NCBI RefSeq assembly: GCF_006345805.1
Contig: NC_043010.1
Coordinates: 49,476,001-49,540,000, forward strand
From: Octopus sinensis
Lineage: Eukaryota
Length of the DNA stretch: 64,000 nucleotides
Direction: 5' to 3'
Below are positions 13,361-27,611 of the stretch, in pieces. Every line of letters starts with the position of its first letter. Position 1 is the first letter of the stretch. Under the pieces are notes generated by a model, which did not search any database, had not been told where the DNA came from, and saw only the letters and a program-made list of their open reading frames with translations. The position numbers and the translations under genes were made by a program.

Positions 13361-16300
13361 ATTTCACTAACAACATCTATCCATCTTCCTTGATTTTGTA
13401 TTTTTCTAAACATTTGATATGGAAAATATAAAAATATCACATGTGAATAGATGAATATATCATGCATTCTGTGTATAACAACTGAATAGATGTGTGACTC
13501 ATTTTCGATTTTTTTTTTTTTTTTTTTTTTTGCTTCTGGAGAACTATCAAATATTGATGACTAATCATATTTTGATGCATCTGTGAATATTTTTGCTGAT
13601 ATAGTCATGCTGCTTCCCTTTCTTCAATTGTCCGAATTATCGGCAAGAAAAAGAAGTCCAATCAATTATTTTGAGACGAAAACAAATCCAAATAATTAGT
13701 TACTATGATTATTTTCTGTGAGTAATTTCTGGCTTTCATATGTAGATAAAAGGATATATGTAAACAGCTGTAGTTCCCATAGTTGCTTGCTGTGCTTTAA
13801 AAAATTATCACAAAATATATTCTTTAAAAAATAACTAAGTATTTGTGCACATGCACAAGGTGTATTAGAAAACTGAAGAAATTTCAAGTAGTTAAACTAA
13901 TTTTTAAGCCTTTAACTATAAAACTTTAAACATGTAAATACAGTGGTTCATACATAGGAAAATAAAAGAGACAGCCTTGGCATACATATTTCATGGTCTG
14001 TTGACTATTCAGACACGTTCATTCATTGCCCATGAAGAAATTTATAGCAAATGGCTATTCATATCACATAAATTGGAACTTAGAGAAATGGCAAGGCTAT
14101 GATTAAACATGCACCACAATCCTGATATGAAAGTAGTAAATTTTAAGTTTGTTGTAGAAAGTGCTTTAATTGTTGCAGCTATTAACTGCATGAAAAAATG
14201 AACGCAGATGTTGTGGCTTAGAATGAATGAAATAAACTTTTAGATATTGTTCCATACGCAGATCCTCCTATGCATTTTCCACACACACACACACACTGAT
14301 ACAACCTGTCCTGCATTGACCAGCTGGGCTGACATGCACACACCTGATTAGACAGTCATGTATACATACACAACCACATAAAGAGAAAATTTAAGAAAGA
14401 AATCACAAATTTTCGCCACCAAAATCACTTTTCACTTAGAATTATATTTGCTTTTAAAAGTCAATAACTAAGTAAACTATTACATTTTGCCACAAAGTAT
14501 ACATGCATTAGAAATACCTTAAGCCATATAAAAAAAATAGAGATTACATGAGATTATATATGATCTAAGGGGTATACAACAAGGAAAAATAAAAATATTG
14601 TGTATAATCCAATTCTTGAGTAGGTGCTTCAGTACAAAAACAAAATGATCAGTGAGTAATTGATTAGCTTTTGATAGATTTCCGGTGAATTTTTCCACTA
14701 ATTTGACTTGTTCTCCAGTAGACTTCATGCATGTATTTCTCTCTTGCATTGGTTGCAGGCCTAACTAATAAAACAAATATCTAGACTACTTAGTATTGAT
14801 TTCTCTCATCAAGTAAGCTGTTCTTGCTTGGTAAGAATTTACATTGTGCTCTTACTTTGGTAAGAACATATATTGATCAATCTTTCAAGACCTACATGGA
14901 TATTTTCAAAGAAATTTCTATACAAGATTAATGCACTTACTAACAAAATAATAGAAGCCGAATAGGAAAAAAAAAAAAAGATTCTCAACTAACATTTTGA
15001 TAAAAATCTCACAAATGCTGATGATAATCAGTAGCAGTCGCCTTTTCACTATTTCTTTATTCTTTGAATGATTCTGAGAGCAAATTGGACATAAATCTTA
15101 AACCATTGAAAAGTTAATTCAAGAGCAGGAAAATAATTTTGACATCTTGAAAAAGTCCAAATTGATCTCATTAAATATTTCTTAACATAGACAAGAATTA
15201 TTCTAATCATATGAGTAAAGGATAGAATAAACAGTTACACAAAATACAAAATTTTAATCAGAACATTTCTATCACAAACAGAAAGAGAATGAGTTGAAGA
15301 ACTGCAAGTCAAAAGGACACCAGAGAACAATCTAAAATGCACAGATAATAAGTTACTATTGAAAGTCTAAAATTATTTCCGTAAAAATTACCTCACTGGT
15401 AACATACACAGAAAACAACAAAAAAAAGAAAAAGCAGTACATGAATAAATGTTTCTTTTGAAATATTTTGAGAAAATGATAAAGAGAGAAATGAATTGAG
15501 ACTAAATTAAAAACATGCCATCATATAGTCAGTGGTAAGTGATATTAATAAAAGATCAATGATTTTAATTAAAGTACCAATGATATTTTCTCAAGTCATT
15601 TTACCCATCAGCCACTTGGGTTAGTCAATAGAGTATGTAGTTCACTATTAGATAATATAGATACTTAATTTCAGCTTTGAAGGATGTTGAATGTTCTAAC
15701 TCAGAAATTTTAACTGGGTATTGATTTCATATGCCAGGTGGTAATTAGCATCATAAAAAAAGTAAATAACTCCATGTAATTTCCTCAAATTCTCTCAGAC
15801 TAGCATTAAACATTTAAAAAGCAAGCTGGATGATTAAATTTTCACAATTAACAAATACAAAGAACATACAAATACAGAGGAAAATCGGAAATGAATGCTT
15901 CACAGACTTTGCAATAAGATCCATGTTACTTTCATTTTGTTTATCAGCTGAATAGTAGTTTTTTCTGTTTTTTTTTTTTTTAAAACTCCTACTTATACGG
16001 TGTAATCCACTTCAAAAACCAAATGAAATACACAAAAGACTGCATTATAAATAATTAATAAAAGTGTTTGGAATATTTCTGCTGCCGAAGCAGAAAAAAT
16101 TATTATTGAAAAATAGATATTATTGTATGAATATTCAGAAAATATTAAATTCAGAAAGAAGTAATCTTTGCATAAGGCATGACAGCATCTTAAATTTCTG
16201 GTCTGATTCAAGATTGTAACTGGATCTCCATCTGGCTATGAACCAAATGCATCTAAAGTCTTCTAATGCTGACCAAAATATCAAATACCCAGATATACTT

Positions 16301-16577
16301 GGCTGTTTTCATAATTCTAAAACTAACCTTTACACTGTCACCACAGTTAGTGTGCCTTATTTATCTGACCATGGCTTAAAAGCATTCTACATCACAACCA
16401 CCGATTACAAAATATTCTCAGCTGTTTGGATCGCAAAATAAGCAGATTAATCTCTAAAGCATTTGAAGTAGCTAACCCAAATGGCTGAAACCATTTTCTA
16501 CATGCCTCACACAACTCAAACCCTCCCGAATAGTTCATTCATGGTTTGGCAGTTATTGTACAAATGAAAAACAATTA

Positions 16578-16916
16578 TCTTTTGTTTCACTCATTGGATT
16601 GTAGTCATGCTGGGGAACTGATTTGAAGGGTTTAGTTGAACAAATTGATGCCAATACTTATTTTTAAGTATGGTACTTACCCTACTGATCACTTTGCCCA
16701 ACAGATAAGTCACAAAGATGTAAGCAAGCCAACACTATTTGTCAAGCAATGGGGACACGCATACATGTGACAGCTACTGAACAGTTTTTGTCTACCAAAT
16801 CCACTCATAAGGCATTGGACAGCCTGGGGCTACAGTAGGCCCAAGGAGCTTTGCAGTGGGACTGAAACAAAATCCCATTGTTGCTAAGTGAGCTTCTTAA
16901 CCACACAGCCACGCCT
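16578..16916 (-). mobile_element. Long-family SINE, decayed copy
   Basis: Colinear with the 30950-31341 copy. Confidence 0.75.
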
Positions 16917-19746
16917 AAACCTAAATAATAGTGTTCTTATGTCAGGAGCCAAAGGCAAAGCATTTGACATGAGAACTGATACCAAAAATGGTACACATAT
17001 ACTGCACACTACAGTATTGTTCATATATCCAAGACTGAGCAGATGATACACATAAAACCTCTAAATATCAAAGGAAATAAAATAAGAAGGAAGAATGTTA
17101 TTCAAATGATTGGCAAACCATCACACACTGACACACTACAATCACCAATACACAAAAGAATTACATTCCACCACCATCCTAGTTTCTTGAACTGTAGCCA
17201 CAATGTTTCCTGTTTCTCTGCACAAGCAAACTATGTAACTCATACCCAAGCCCACTCAATTTCACCATCTCTTCTACTTTTTGTAATTTCTACTTATGTC
17301 TCACTCAGACTTAATCACTTGAACAGGTTTAGAAAATTTTTAACAGTATATATTTTCAGCTATACACCTTGTCCACAACAATGCTTTGCTAGTGGCTTGG
17401 TTTGCACTCTCATCAGAAATCCAAAAATTAATCAAATAAACAACACTAGTAAATAAAAGGTATTTACAGATTGCTTTAGGTTTCTAATTTAACAAATAAC
17501 TTTTTACATCATGTTTGTTTGAAATGATTTGATGAGACTGTATGAAACCAAAGGTTAATCTTAAAGTAGGTAGCAGCATCAATACTACTGCTGCATATTT
17601 TGAAACTGATAAACAATATTAAATGGACTATAAAGGGAGGAATATTTTACAACCTAACTATCAGCTCTCTCCCTCTCTCTTTTTTATTTGAAGTGCTTTA
17701 CTCTGGTTATCAAATTCCAGTGAGAATTTATTCTTAGTTACAATTTTAAAACAACTTTTACATCCACTTTTCCAAGCTAAAATGAGTGACATAATCCTAA
17801 AAATATGGCTCCTTGCCTAAGAACTGTCAGAGTAATATATATATACTTTTAAAAGTGAACACCTTTCCTAATGCTAGTTTCTCAACTGAGTGAAAATGAT
17901 ATCTATGACCAAATGAAACTGTAGTTGAAACAAGTAACACAGATTGATATGATTGCCACAGGGTTTGAACTTATGACCTTATTGTTAAGTGGTTCAGCAA
18001 CTGTCAATTATTTTATGGTGGAAACAACTCATTCTTCTTGTCATAAGTTTTTCCTGAAAAATCTAACAAAGTGCTAATCATTGGAACTTAAACTTTTGTT
18101 GTGTTGATTTATTATATAATGTTAGATATACAAGAACTGCCTTCCACCAACAATACCATTGTTTCCAAATGTACACACTACAACAGCACAGTACCAGCAA
18201 ATATTTCTGATTCACTTAAAAATACAAATCATATCAGTGAAACAAAAATCCAAATTATATTCAACCAGAAATCCACTGTAGAAATATAATGGAATAAGAC
18301 TTGTTTTTACCTAAACAAAGATCGTTGCTTTAAATCTGAAGATAGCATGCATGCAAACATCCACACACAAACACATGCTGTGATTTAAGCTTTTAGCCAA
18401 AGTTTGTAAATGTTAGAAGGCTTATACAAAGATTATAGATTTTAAAAAAAGAAACCTGAATCAAACAAGATTAAATGCTTGGAATTAAAAACTGTAACTT
18501 GAGGTTGATGAAGCTTTCAAAAAGTCATAAGTACTTCCAGTCATTAGAAAAGAAATACAGAGTTGAAGAGTTAACCATATGTCAGATTAATGTTTTATTC
18601 TAAAAAATGTTTCATTTGAAAGCATTACTTTCTTAATACTTGGTGGTATATAAAAATAAGGCTTCCAAAGCCATTTATATCCAATGTTTCCAGTGTCTTT
18701 CAGACACATCAAGGATTTGTTTTAAAAAGATGATTAAAAACTATACATTGTCCAAAGGATATTAAATGCTAGCCATAGATTTTACATCCAATATAACAAG
18801 CAACTTGTAGGTTTATAACATCTGTATCTGTCCATATGGACAGTGAGCATATAAGTATGCATAAAGAAGAGTGTCATAAAAATGTCACTCAGATCCTGCA
18901 GTTAGTTAACTGAGAGGTGGACACTCTAAATGAATACATCACTACTGACTATATAGGTTTAATAAACAATAAAATTGCAACTGAAGCAACTATTGTCAAG
19001 GCACTTAACTCCCATTAAGCCAGTTTACTAAGCTGTAAATAGGTAATATACAAAAGTGCACACATTTTATACATTATATAATTATTGTTTTGTCTCCTAG
19101 TCTCAGTTGTGTTTCATGTTCAATTCCTTGTATGGGCTCGGAGTTAGCATTGGAAAATCACATTAGTGTTTGTATCTTCTCCAAGGAATACTGAAATTTA
19201 GCAAGATCACTAATTCAATTTCCTGATATAACTTTCAAGAGTAGTTAATACGAAAAGAAAAGAAAAAAAAACCTGCAAACAGAGTCTCAGAAGTAAGTAC
19301 AAAAAGCAGAGAATTAGTCATAATTATGAATAAATAAGGAAACTGAGCACATAGACAAAAATAACTAGAAAGGAGCTGTCCTGTAGACAACTTCCAAAAC
19401 GTACCTTCATGAGGCATAGATATAAATAGAAAATTGCTAATGATTATGATGATATTGAAAACACACTCATTGAACATGTTTGGCAAAAGTACACAGAACA
19501 AGCAAAGTACAATGCAATTCCAAAGTTTCTCCAAAGTGACATATGCTAAAAGTGTGTCAAGTAATTCTAGAACTTCTGCCAAAACAGTGAAATTAGTACA
19601 AATAAACTAATCGACATATGAGCAACCACTGTAAAGATTACTCCTGAATGATAAAGGGATCAAGAATGGGCTGATCGTTGAAACTGAAATGAATTTCAAA
19701 TAATTTTCCACTGGGAATCTTTATATGTATGTGTGTGTGTGTGTGT

Positions 19747-19781
<35 letters not shown>

Positions 19782-21391
19782 AAAATGAAGAACAAACACA
19801 AAAAAACAACAATGCAAGGACATGGTACATTTAAAGTATTAGCAGATGCTCAGGGAAGGAAAGAAAGGTGATTTTACGTTTCGAGCAAAGCTCTTCTTCA
19901 GAAATAGGAGACAGAGGAAAGCCCAATAGAAAAGTAAGATGAAGAAAAAAAAAAGTTGCTAATGATTCACATATGGTTACATTTTGAAAATGCATATATA
20001 TACATTTTGAAAATACATATACATACATACATATATATATGGTTTCATACAACTTTCAAAAATGCTTACATATTTTAGTTACCTATCATATTTCGTGATA
20101 ACTATTTCAAGTGGGTGATACATTCTTCTTGAAACCACTACAATTTATTGAAAATATTGCCATATTCTCAAAGCAATAAACAATTTTTGTAACTGACAAC
20201 ATAACAAAAACGTTTTTTTTTTTTTCAAGTGTTATTTACCAAACATTATGGTTTGTTAACATTACCACCACCATTACCACTGTAATGCTTATTACAATAA
20301 AAGCTTCTATTTAGAAAAAAGTTCAACATAGAGTAAAAATTTGAAACTATTATTAACAATTACATTTCTTTTATAAACAATTTGTATAAACTTCTGATCA
20401 ATACATTTTTAAAATAAAGTATTTCAAGAAATGTTTAATAATTTTATTCCAACTGCTTGTTTTAAAACAATAGGAAAACACTGCTGCTATAAACAGTAAC
20501 CAGCAGAGCAGTGGGTATGAATAGAGTCTACAATGGGTTTTTGTTAATGTTACCTCTCCAAAATATACTTGAAGCAAAACTAGACAATCTCATGTTACAG
20601 GCAGCAGATGAAAATGTATGTGGATTTATAAACAGTTGTTAAAATTAAGAAGCCCTTAGGCTATGCAACAGTAAAGCAGTTTAGTACCTTGTATACCATT
20701 AACATATATTACAAAGGGACAAAAAAAAAAAAAATCTTCAAGATTCTAGTGCTATCTTAGAATCCTTCAGATAGAATCACTACAGGAAAATTTAATGGTC
20801 ATACCTGGAGATGAAGAAAAGCATAATTTTAGTTAACTAGGGAGCCTCAGTATGGTTGCTTAGTCTGCTACAAATAGCCAAATCTCCCTTATGTGACACA
20901 CACTAGGATCACAGCCTAAACCTAAACTACACAATAATTATTTGGATAGTGAAAAAGATGGATAATTCTTACAGAACGGACAGTGTGTGAGTCAGCCAGT
21001 TTGTAAGTTATTAATAAGTTTGTGGATTGGAGAAGAATCTCAGCCAAAGCATCAATAGTACAGTAGTAGAGTAGTAAGTAAGAGTTAGCAGCAAAAATTA
21101 AAAGGAATAGAAAATCTGTTTAAAATGATAGCTGGAAGCCAGGTGGGAAGTTAAACATCAAGTGTATCTCCTCAGAAGAGAGAAAACAGTGAACATAGGC
21201 CAGTAGATGTTCGGCCAACCAACACACACACACACACACACACACACAGAAGTCCATATGAATGAAGCTGCAATTGGTGTTTAATATGACAAGTACACTG
21301 TTAAACTAACAGAGAAAAGGGTGAGGTGTCAAGCAGCAGAGATAGTGAGTAAAGCAATCTGGTTCTTCATCAGAAGTGGAAAGTCCTTTCC

Positions 21392-21614
21392 CCCTCTAGC
21401 ATTTAAACCAGCCATATCCAACCCAAATATTCTACCTGCTTTATATTCAAACTGGCAGCATGCAGCCTCCCATATCTACTCTACAATGTAATTCTAAAAA
21501 TATCAATGACATCACTGAAATCTTGAAGTCATGTGATAACGCATGATTAATTCCAAGTTATGTGAGTAAATAAGTAGTACATTTGACAGAGTGATCTGAA
21601 CGCTAAAGGGTTAA
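21392..21614 (+). mobile_element. TTAA MITE copy 3
   Basis: Same body; right TIR gctaaagggttaa. Confidence 0.85.
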
Positions 21615-24600
21615 ATGTTAAAAGCAACAGAATGCGTTTATTGAATCAGGGATCCAATAAGTCGTTTGTTTTGTTTTAACCAAATTGAGCAACAAAGTGT
21701 TATCCCATAGCAACAGTCTTGCCAATGGTTATACAAATTAAGGAAAGAAAATTACCGGAATCTCATGTTACAATCTTTGAAACCATTTCATTTTGAATGA
21801 ATTGAAAAAAAAAAATTAAAAAGATAATTTACTTTTGATTCTCTGCATTCCAAGTTCAAATCTTGCTGAAGCTGAATTTGTCTTTCAACCCTCAGAGTTG
21901 AAAAAAAGAATTAATAAATTAGAATTTATTCAGTCATCTCTCCAGCTAAATTTATGGCTTTGGGTTAAAGTATATACTATACCAATTTCATCTATGAACT
22001 GAACTGCTGCTACAAACAGCAGGGGACTTCATTTCTCGAAAAGAAATTATGAATAAATTCCACCATAAATTCTACTACTACTGCTGCTCTCACCACCACC
22101 ACCACCAACAATAATAATAATCCTTTCCACAATAGGCACAAGGCTTGAAATTTTGGGGGAAGGGATTAGTTGATTACATCGACCCTTGAAAAGATGAAAG
22201 GTAGAGTTGGCTTCAGCAGAATTTGAACTTGGAACGTGAAGACAGATAAACTGCTAACAATTGTCACATGTCAAAATTAAGCAGAGAATACAACCTGGCA
22301 ACCACACCAGACTCTGAGGGTGGAGTCTTCGACTTGGCCTGAGCATGGACTCAAACCCAAATGAAATGAAATTGTCCGGCATGCTAACAATTCCACCAGC
22401 TCAGTCTTAAATAATGACAATAACACACACACACACACACAAAACTTAGTACTAGAATGTACATAGTCTTTTTTATTACACCCACATTTCAAGCTGAATA
22501 TCCTTTGTATATGAAATAAGATGAAGGGGTAGAATCTTTAAATTTGTTCCCTGCTACAAATGTTTGAATTCATCTGCCACAGAGCTACATAAAAGTAACA
22601 AATGCACTTTTAAGAGAGGCTCTTTAAAAATACAGAGAATAACAATTTACTATTGCAGACTAGATAGACAATGGTTCGCAAGAACTAGCTTCCTTTAGCC
22701 ATTTTATTTCTATGAAATTTTAATCTCTGCCAAAGACATTGTTTTTATCAAGCTTTCAGCTGACTGCAACTTGACACTCCAGCCAGCCCTTATCTGCTGC
22801 TCCCTGATGCATCGGAGGAATAGAAGAGTACATCAGTCATAGGGGCAAGAACTGTCCCCTTTTGTGTTTTGGACACCTGGTCTATAATAAATTATTTCAG
22901 ACCCTGTTATTTGCCTTCCATATCTCATTCTTCTTGGCCTTATAGTCAGCGTCAATGTAGCCTGCTATCAGAGTAGCTCCTTACTTTCTGAGCCTACACC
23001 TTACACCACCCCATTTCCTCACTATACTCAATCATTCATTCTCTGTATCCACACTTGCCATTGTTATTAGTACTGATACAGTGATAAATTTACTCAGCTT
23101 CAATTCAAGTTAAATAGTTAGTGCTAGGATAGCTGTCCAAACTCACACATTCCAATTAAACTACACACAAAAGAAATTACATAATAAATAAGAGAAAAGC
23201 AATTTTTTTTTTTTTACAAAATGTTCATACTTTAATTTAACTGAATAGGAGATTTTACACATTCAGTTCATATACCCTTTGCAGTACAAAAATGTATATG
23301 TGCATTATTAATTTTAATTAAGCACCAATGTAACATATTAAACTTGTCTGTCAAACATTATCCCACTAAAAGCCATTTGCCTCCAGCTCAATGTCCTTCC
23401 TTTTTTTTCTTTTATTATTCTTGAAAATCTCTTTCACACAATTATATGGATGTCTTTTCCAAGTTATAACACTGCATTCTCCATGTCATACACTACCATG
23501 TATTACTCACATAAGCCTATTTGAAACAGTGCCTCTAGTTTATTTTTATGATTTTTTCTATTCACTTCTTTTACAAATTTTCCAGCTATTTCCAATGAAC
23601 AAAATAGTGGTTTTCTTCTTGAGCAGAAGGTCAACTTTATGTGAAAGTATTAATTAAATGACAGCATCAAGTCCCTTTTATCATCTCTGGAACAAGACAA
23701 AGCAAAGATGACCCCAGGGGGAAAGAAAGAAAAAAATCAGCAACACTGTTTTCAGGAAATCACCTACCCTAATTTTATAAAGGTATTAAACTAGGCTAAA
23801 CTCACTTGTTTAGTCAAGCTAACATGTTATTTAGATAACATGAAAAACCGTGTGTTGCCTATCGATCACTGTGAGCTGGGTGCTTCATTTAATATTTCTT
23901 TTTAGATAATCCATAAAATATTCTGGAAAGCTAGATGTTACAGCAATGGAAAAAATGGGTAAAAACTAAATGAGAGAGAACACATCTGTACAATTGTCAG
24001 CAGTATTATTAATTATTCCTTATTATTAAAGAGGTTGATAAAATTACAGAACATTGGTCTTGCCTTACAGTATTTAGCTTTGATGTTCTATATTCTCATT
24101 CCTTTTCTACCATGGTTCGTTTCACCTTTCATCCTTCTAGGGGTTAATAAAATAACAGGTTTGTACTGCAATCAATTCACTTGTCTTTACATCTCCTTTA
24201 CAAATATCTTGTGCTAAATATATGAAGTAAATTAAAGAGGTAGCCTGTAGGTTAAGATCCGGTAAGTTTTTAGCAAAATTAATGTTATCTAATAAGAACC
24301 ACCACAATGCCCCCAAGGAAATTAAAAACTCTGCAGTTGTTTCTACCTAATACTTTACAGCATTGTACCCATGTAAGGAATCATTACTATTTGGCAGTAA
24401 GCAAGCCAAATTCTATCACTGGTTGAAACTATATTTTCTTCAAGCAAACAGAAGGTATCTACATAATTACTTGATCTGCTAGAAATAGCATCCAAACTTC
24501 CATCCAATCACACTCTACTGTCGTAACAATTTGAAAGGAACAGAAATAGTATGTTAAAAAAATAAACAAGCTGCTGAGCTGATAGCCAAATGTTTCTGGT

Positions 24601-24666
24601 TATCAGGTCTGGTGTAAGGTTAAATTTCCTTTGCATCAAGAATTCTTTCATAGAAAAGTAGATACT

Positions 24667-24890
24667 TTAACCCTTTAACATTCAGATTACTCTGTCAAAT
24701 GCGATGCTTATTTGTTCACATTGTTTTGAATTACGCATTATCTCATAGCTTTAAGATTTCGATTATATGATTGTTTATTTTTAGAATGACATTATAGGGT
24801 AAGTGTGAGAGGCTGGATCTGACTGGTTTGAACATAAATTAGGTAGAATATTTGAGCCAGATATGGCCAGCTTAAAGACTAAAAAGTTGA
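24667..24890 (-). mobile_element. TTAA MITE copy 4
   Basis: Starts ttaaccctttaacattcagattactctgtc; body reversed. Confidence 0.85.
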
Positions 24891-25200
24891 AGTATTTCAT
24901 TTGGTACAGCACAGTTCTTAAATTAAAATCCTGCCTTTTGCAGCTTGTTTATGTAGTTGATAAAAATTAATACCAGTAAAATACTGCTATACTTCCTTTA
25001 ACAGTTTACTATGTAAATGCTCCCCCCTTAACTTCTCCACACACACATATAAGAAAAATGTAGTTTGTATACTACACAATTTTACTACCTCATATTAATT
25101 TAAACATTACAATCCTTAACATAAAACATTAAACAGTTCTATATTTAACAGATGAGAAAAATACCTTAGGAACAAGAACCCAGGTTTGAAATTTCCCCAA

Positions 25201-25246
25201 GACACCTGATGAAGGCTGGAGGGTATATCAGCCGAAACATTGTGTT
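25201..25246 (+). ncRNA. Degenerate minimal type-I hammerhead ribozyme motif in a Penelope-like terminal-repeat fragment (about 25150-25295)
   Basis: gacac-CTGATGA-a-ggctg(gagggtatat)cagcc-GAAAC-att-gtgtt. Stem I is gacac/gtgtt, stem II is ggctg/cagcc, and both core boxes are present. The helix III region carries a likely CpG-decay change (ACGTT to ACATT). Confidence 0.6.
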
Positions 25247-25782
25247 AACAACAAACAAGATGAAGACAAACATCCGTCAAATGTAAATAATATAAACAAA
25301 GAAAATAATGAAAGAAAAATCAGCATGGATAATAATGAAGTTTCCAAGCTAAAAACAACTTCCGCACTAGATCCCAGAATTTTTGCTTTTCCTTTGGAGT
25401 AAATTCCCTCATGATTAGAGTTATTGGTTTAGAGGTTGTATCCATCTAGCTGAAAAGTTTTCTCTGGGTAGTTACTCTTGATATCTATATAATTTGAGAT
25501 ATACAAGATTTCAATACAGAGGTATGGACCATCTATAAATGTTGAGGCATTAGTTACAGTCAATAAAATCAAACATTTAGTTTCTTTTTGTTTTTTTTAA
25601 ATCAATCTTGTTATCAATGGATACTGTTGGTACCTTCTGCACAGTTTCATAAACTTTTTTACATGTATACTTGACGTTAAGTAAAATTAAGAACAGTAAA
25701 AACAAATCTATTAGAGTTTTACAACTTAAAAAAAAAAAAGTAAGTAATGTAAACAATGCTATGTTTTTCTCTTTTTTAAGAC

Positions 25783-25839
25783 AACATCATTACTATTATT
25801 ATCACCATCATCATCATTATTATTATTATTATTATTATT
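25783..25839. repeat. Compound (CAT)n/(TAT)n microsatellite
   Basis: Read directly. Other simple repeats include (TG)(TA) at about 19727-19778, (CA) at about 21222-21247, (TG) at about 30546-30572 and a T-run at about 13509-13531. Confidence 0.9.
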
Positions 25840-26317
25840 GCTGTCATAATCACTGAAACAATATGTTCTATAGAAAACAATGTATGAAGTACTTAGCTTA
25901 TTGTGATTACATTTATAGCCAATGATCTGAAAATCCCAGCATATGAAGTACAAATGAATCATTTGAAATTAGTTGTGACATTTGATTTTTTGACAACCCA
26001 AGTTAAATCATCAAGCCAATATTAAGACATTTGAGAAAGATCAAGACAAAAGAAATGCCAAGTATCTTCCTTGAAGAGAAGTTGTTCATAAAGAATATCT
26101 TCAAAATGATTGATAAATGATATAGTGAAGCATTTTTTTCAATGACACTAGACTAAGAAAATATATAAACATATAAGAAATAGGATAAAAAAAATTACTC
26201 CAAACAGTAGAATGGCCATATGACAGTTTTATATACATGCCAACTAATATTAACTAAAGTCATCTAGGAAATAACAGAACATGGCTGACTATCATATCCA
26301 AAAGCTTATATAACAAT

Positions 26318-26404
26318 AGGCCAACTCCATGCCTGAGTGGTTAAGTTGTAGCCTTTTAAGTCCAGTGGGTCATGGCTGTACAGTTGTAAATCCTACCAGC
26401 AGCA
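26318..26404 (+). pseudogene. Highly decayed tRNA-like (Leu/Ser-type) sequence or SINE head
   Basis: gcctgagtggttaag (A-box-like) and gttgtaaatcctacc (B-box-like), spaced as in a long-variable-arm tRNA. Confidence 0.3.
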
Positions 26405-27137
26405 AGTTTTGGTCAAGTCTGTTTTGCAACCTTGAAGCCTTGGCTTTGATGCCATTGCAAGGGTGTCTTGAGCATCTTTTAACACAGCCTTTGGCCAACC
26501 AGTACCTTGCTAGTGAAGTGTGTAGTAGATTGAAACTGCAGAGAAGGCCATTGGATGTGTGTATGTGTGCGCACACGTGCTGGAAGTGGAGGAATAGGAA
26601 GAAAAAAAATCAGAGAGTTGAATGAAAATATCTTCCAGTATTAAGATTAATTATCAACTCAATTGCCTTCCTTCAGCTGGTGGAGTATTTTTTTATCCTT
26701 CGAGGCTGATAAAGCAGACAAAAACACTAAGGTCAATATATTTGACTAAAACCCTAGAAGGTAGTGTTTCAGCATAGCTGTAGTCCAAAGACAGAAACTA
26801 ATAAAAGAATATTATGCTAGGCTGATTTGCTGGAATACAAGGCTGAAAGCACAATCAAAGCTGGCACAAAACTGTGGAGTTAATTAGCATAACGGAATCT
26901 ACAAGACTACTAGTCTGAATCACATAACTGAATCTAGCACAAAACTATTAAGCTGACTCACATTGTTAAAAAAGATAATGGATTTTTCAGTCTGACATGT
27001 CTAACTGAAACCAATATGATATTTCTAGTGTGAAGTGTTTGATGGCATGTTTAATAAACATTTGCCTGAGTGAAGTGAATATATATAACTAATTTTTTCA
27101 TGATAAGTCAAGATAAAACAAAGTGTTTAATCCATGT

Positions 27138-27353
27138 TTAACCTTTTAGCATTCAGATTATTGTCAAATATAATGCTTATTTAATCAATTCTTTTGTATT
27201 AGGCATACATTATCTCATGGCAGTGTGATTTTGACAATGGGATGGTTTATTTTTAGATTGACATTGTAGAGTTGATCTAAAAGTGGCTGGTTTGAACATA
27301 AAAAAACAGAATATTTTGGTTGGATATGACTGGCTTAAATGCTAAAGGGTTAA
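27138..27353 (-). mobile_element. TTAA MITE copy 5
   Basis: Body reversed; ends aatgctaaagggttaa. Confidence 0.82.
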
Positions 27354-27387
27354 ATGATATAGTAAATAAATGACAAGCAGAAATAAT

Positions 27388-27611
27388 TTAACCCTTAAGT
27401 ATTTAAACTGATCACATCTGACCCCAAAATTCTATTTTACGTTCAAACTGGCATGATTTGGCCTCTCCCACCTACCATACAATGCCATTCTAAAACTAAA
27501 CAATCACATCATCAAAATCCTGAAGCTATGAGATAATGCATAACTAATTCAAAACAATGTGAATAAATAAGCATTACGTTTGACAGGGTAATCTCAATGC
27601 TAAAGGGTTAA
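27388..27611 (+). mobile_element. TTAA MITE copy 6
   Basis: Forward body starting 34 nt after copy 5; ends aatgctaaagggttaa. Confidence 0.85.

Noticed and set aside
14664-14760. Alternative terminal or poison exon (WPATNAREKYMHEVYWRTSQISGKIHRKSIKS*)
   Set aside because: Weak pyrimidine tract, no clear donor and no recognisable homology.
19235-19582. 115-aa hydrophobic minus-strand ORF
   Set aside because: T-rich intronic strand bias yields F/L/I-rich frames, and there are no supporting splice sites or motifs.
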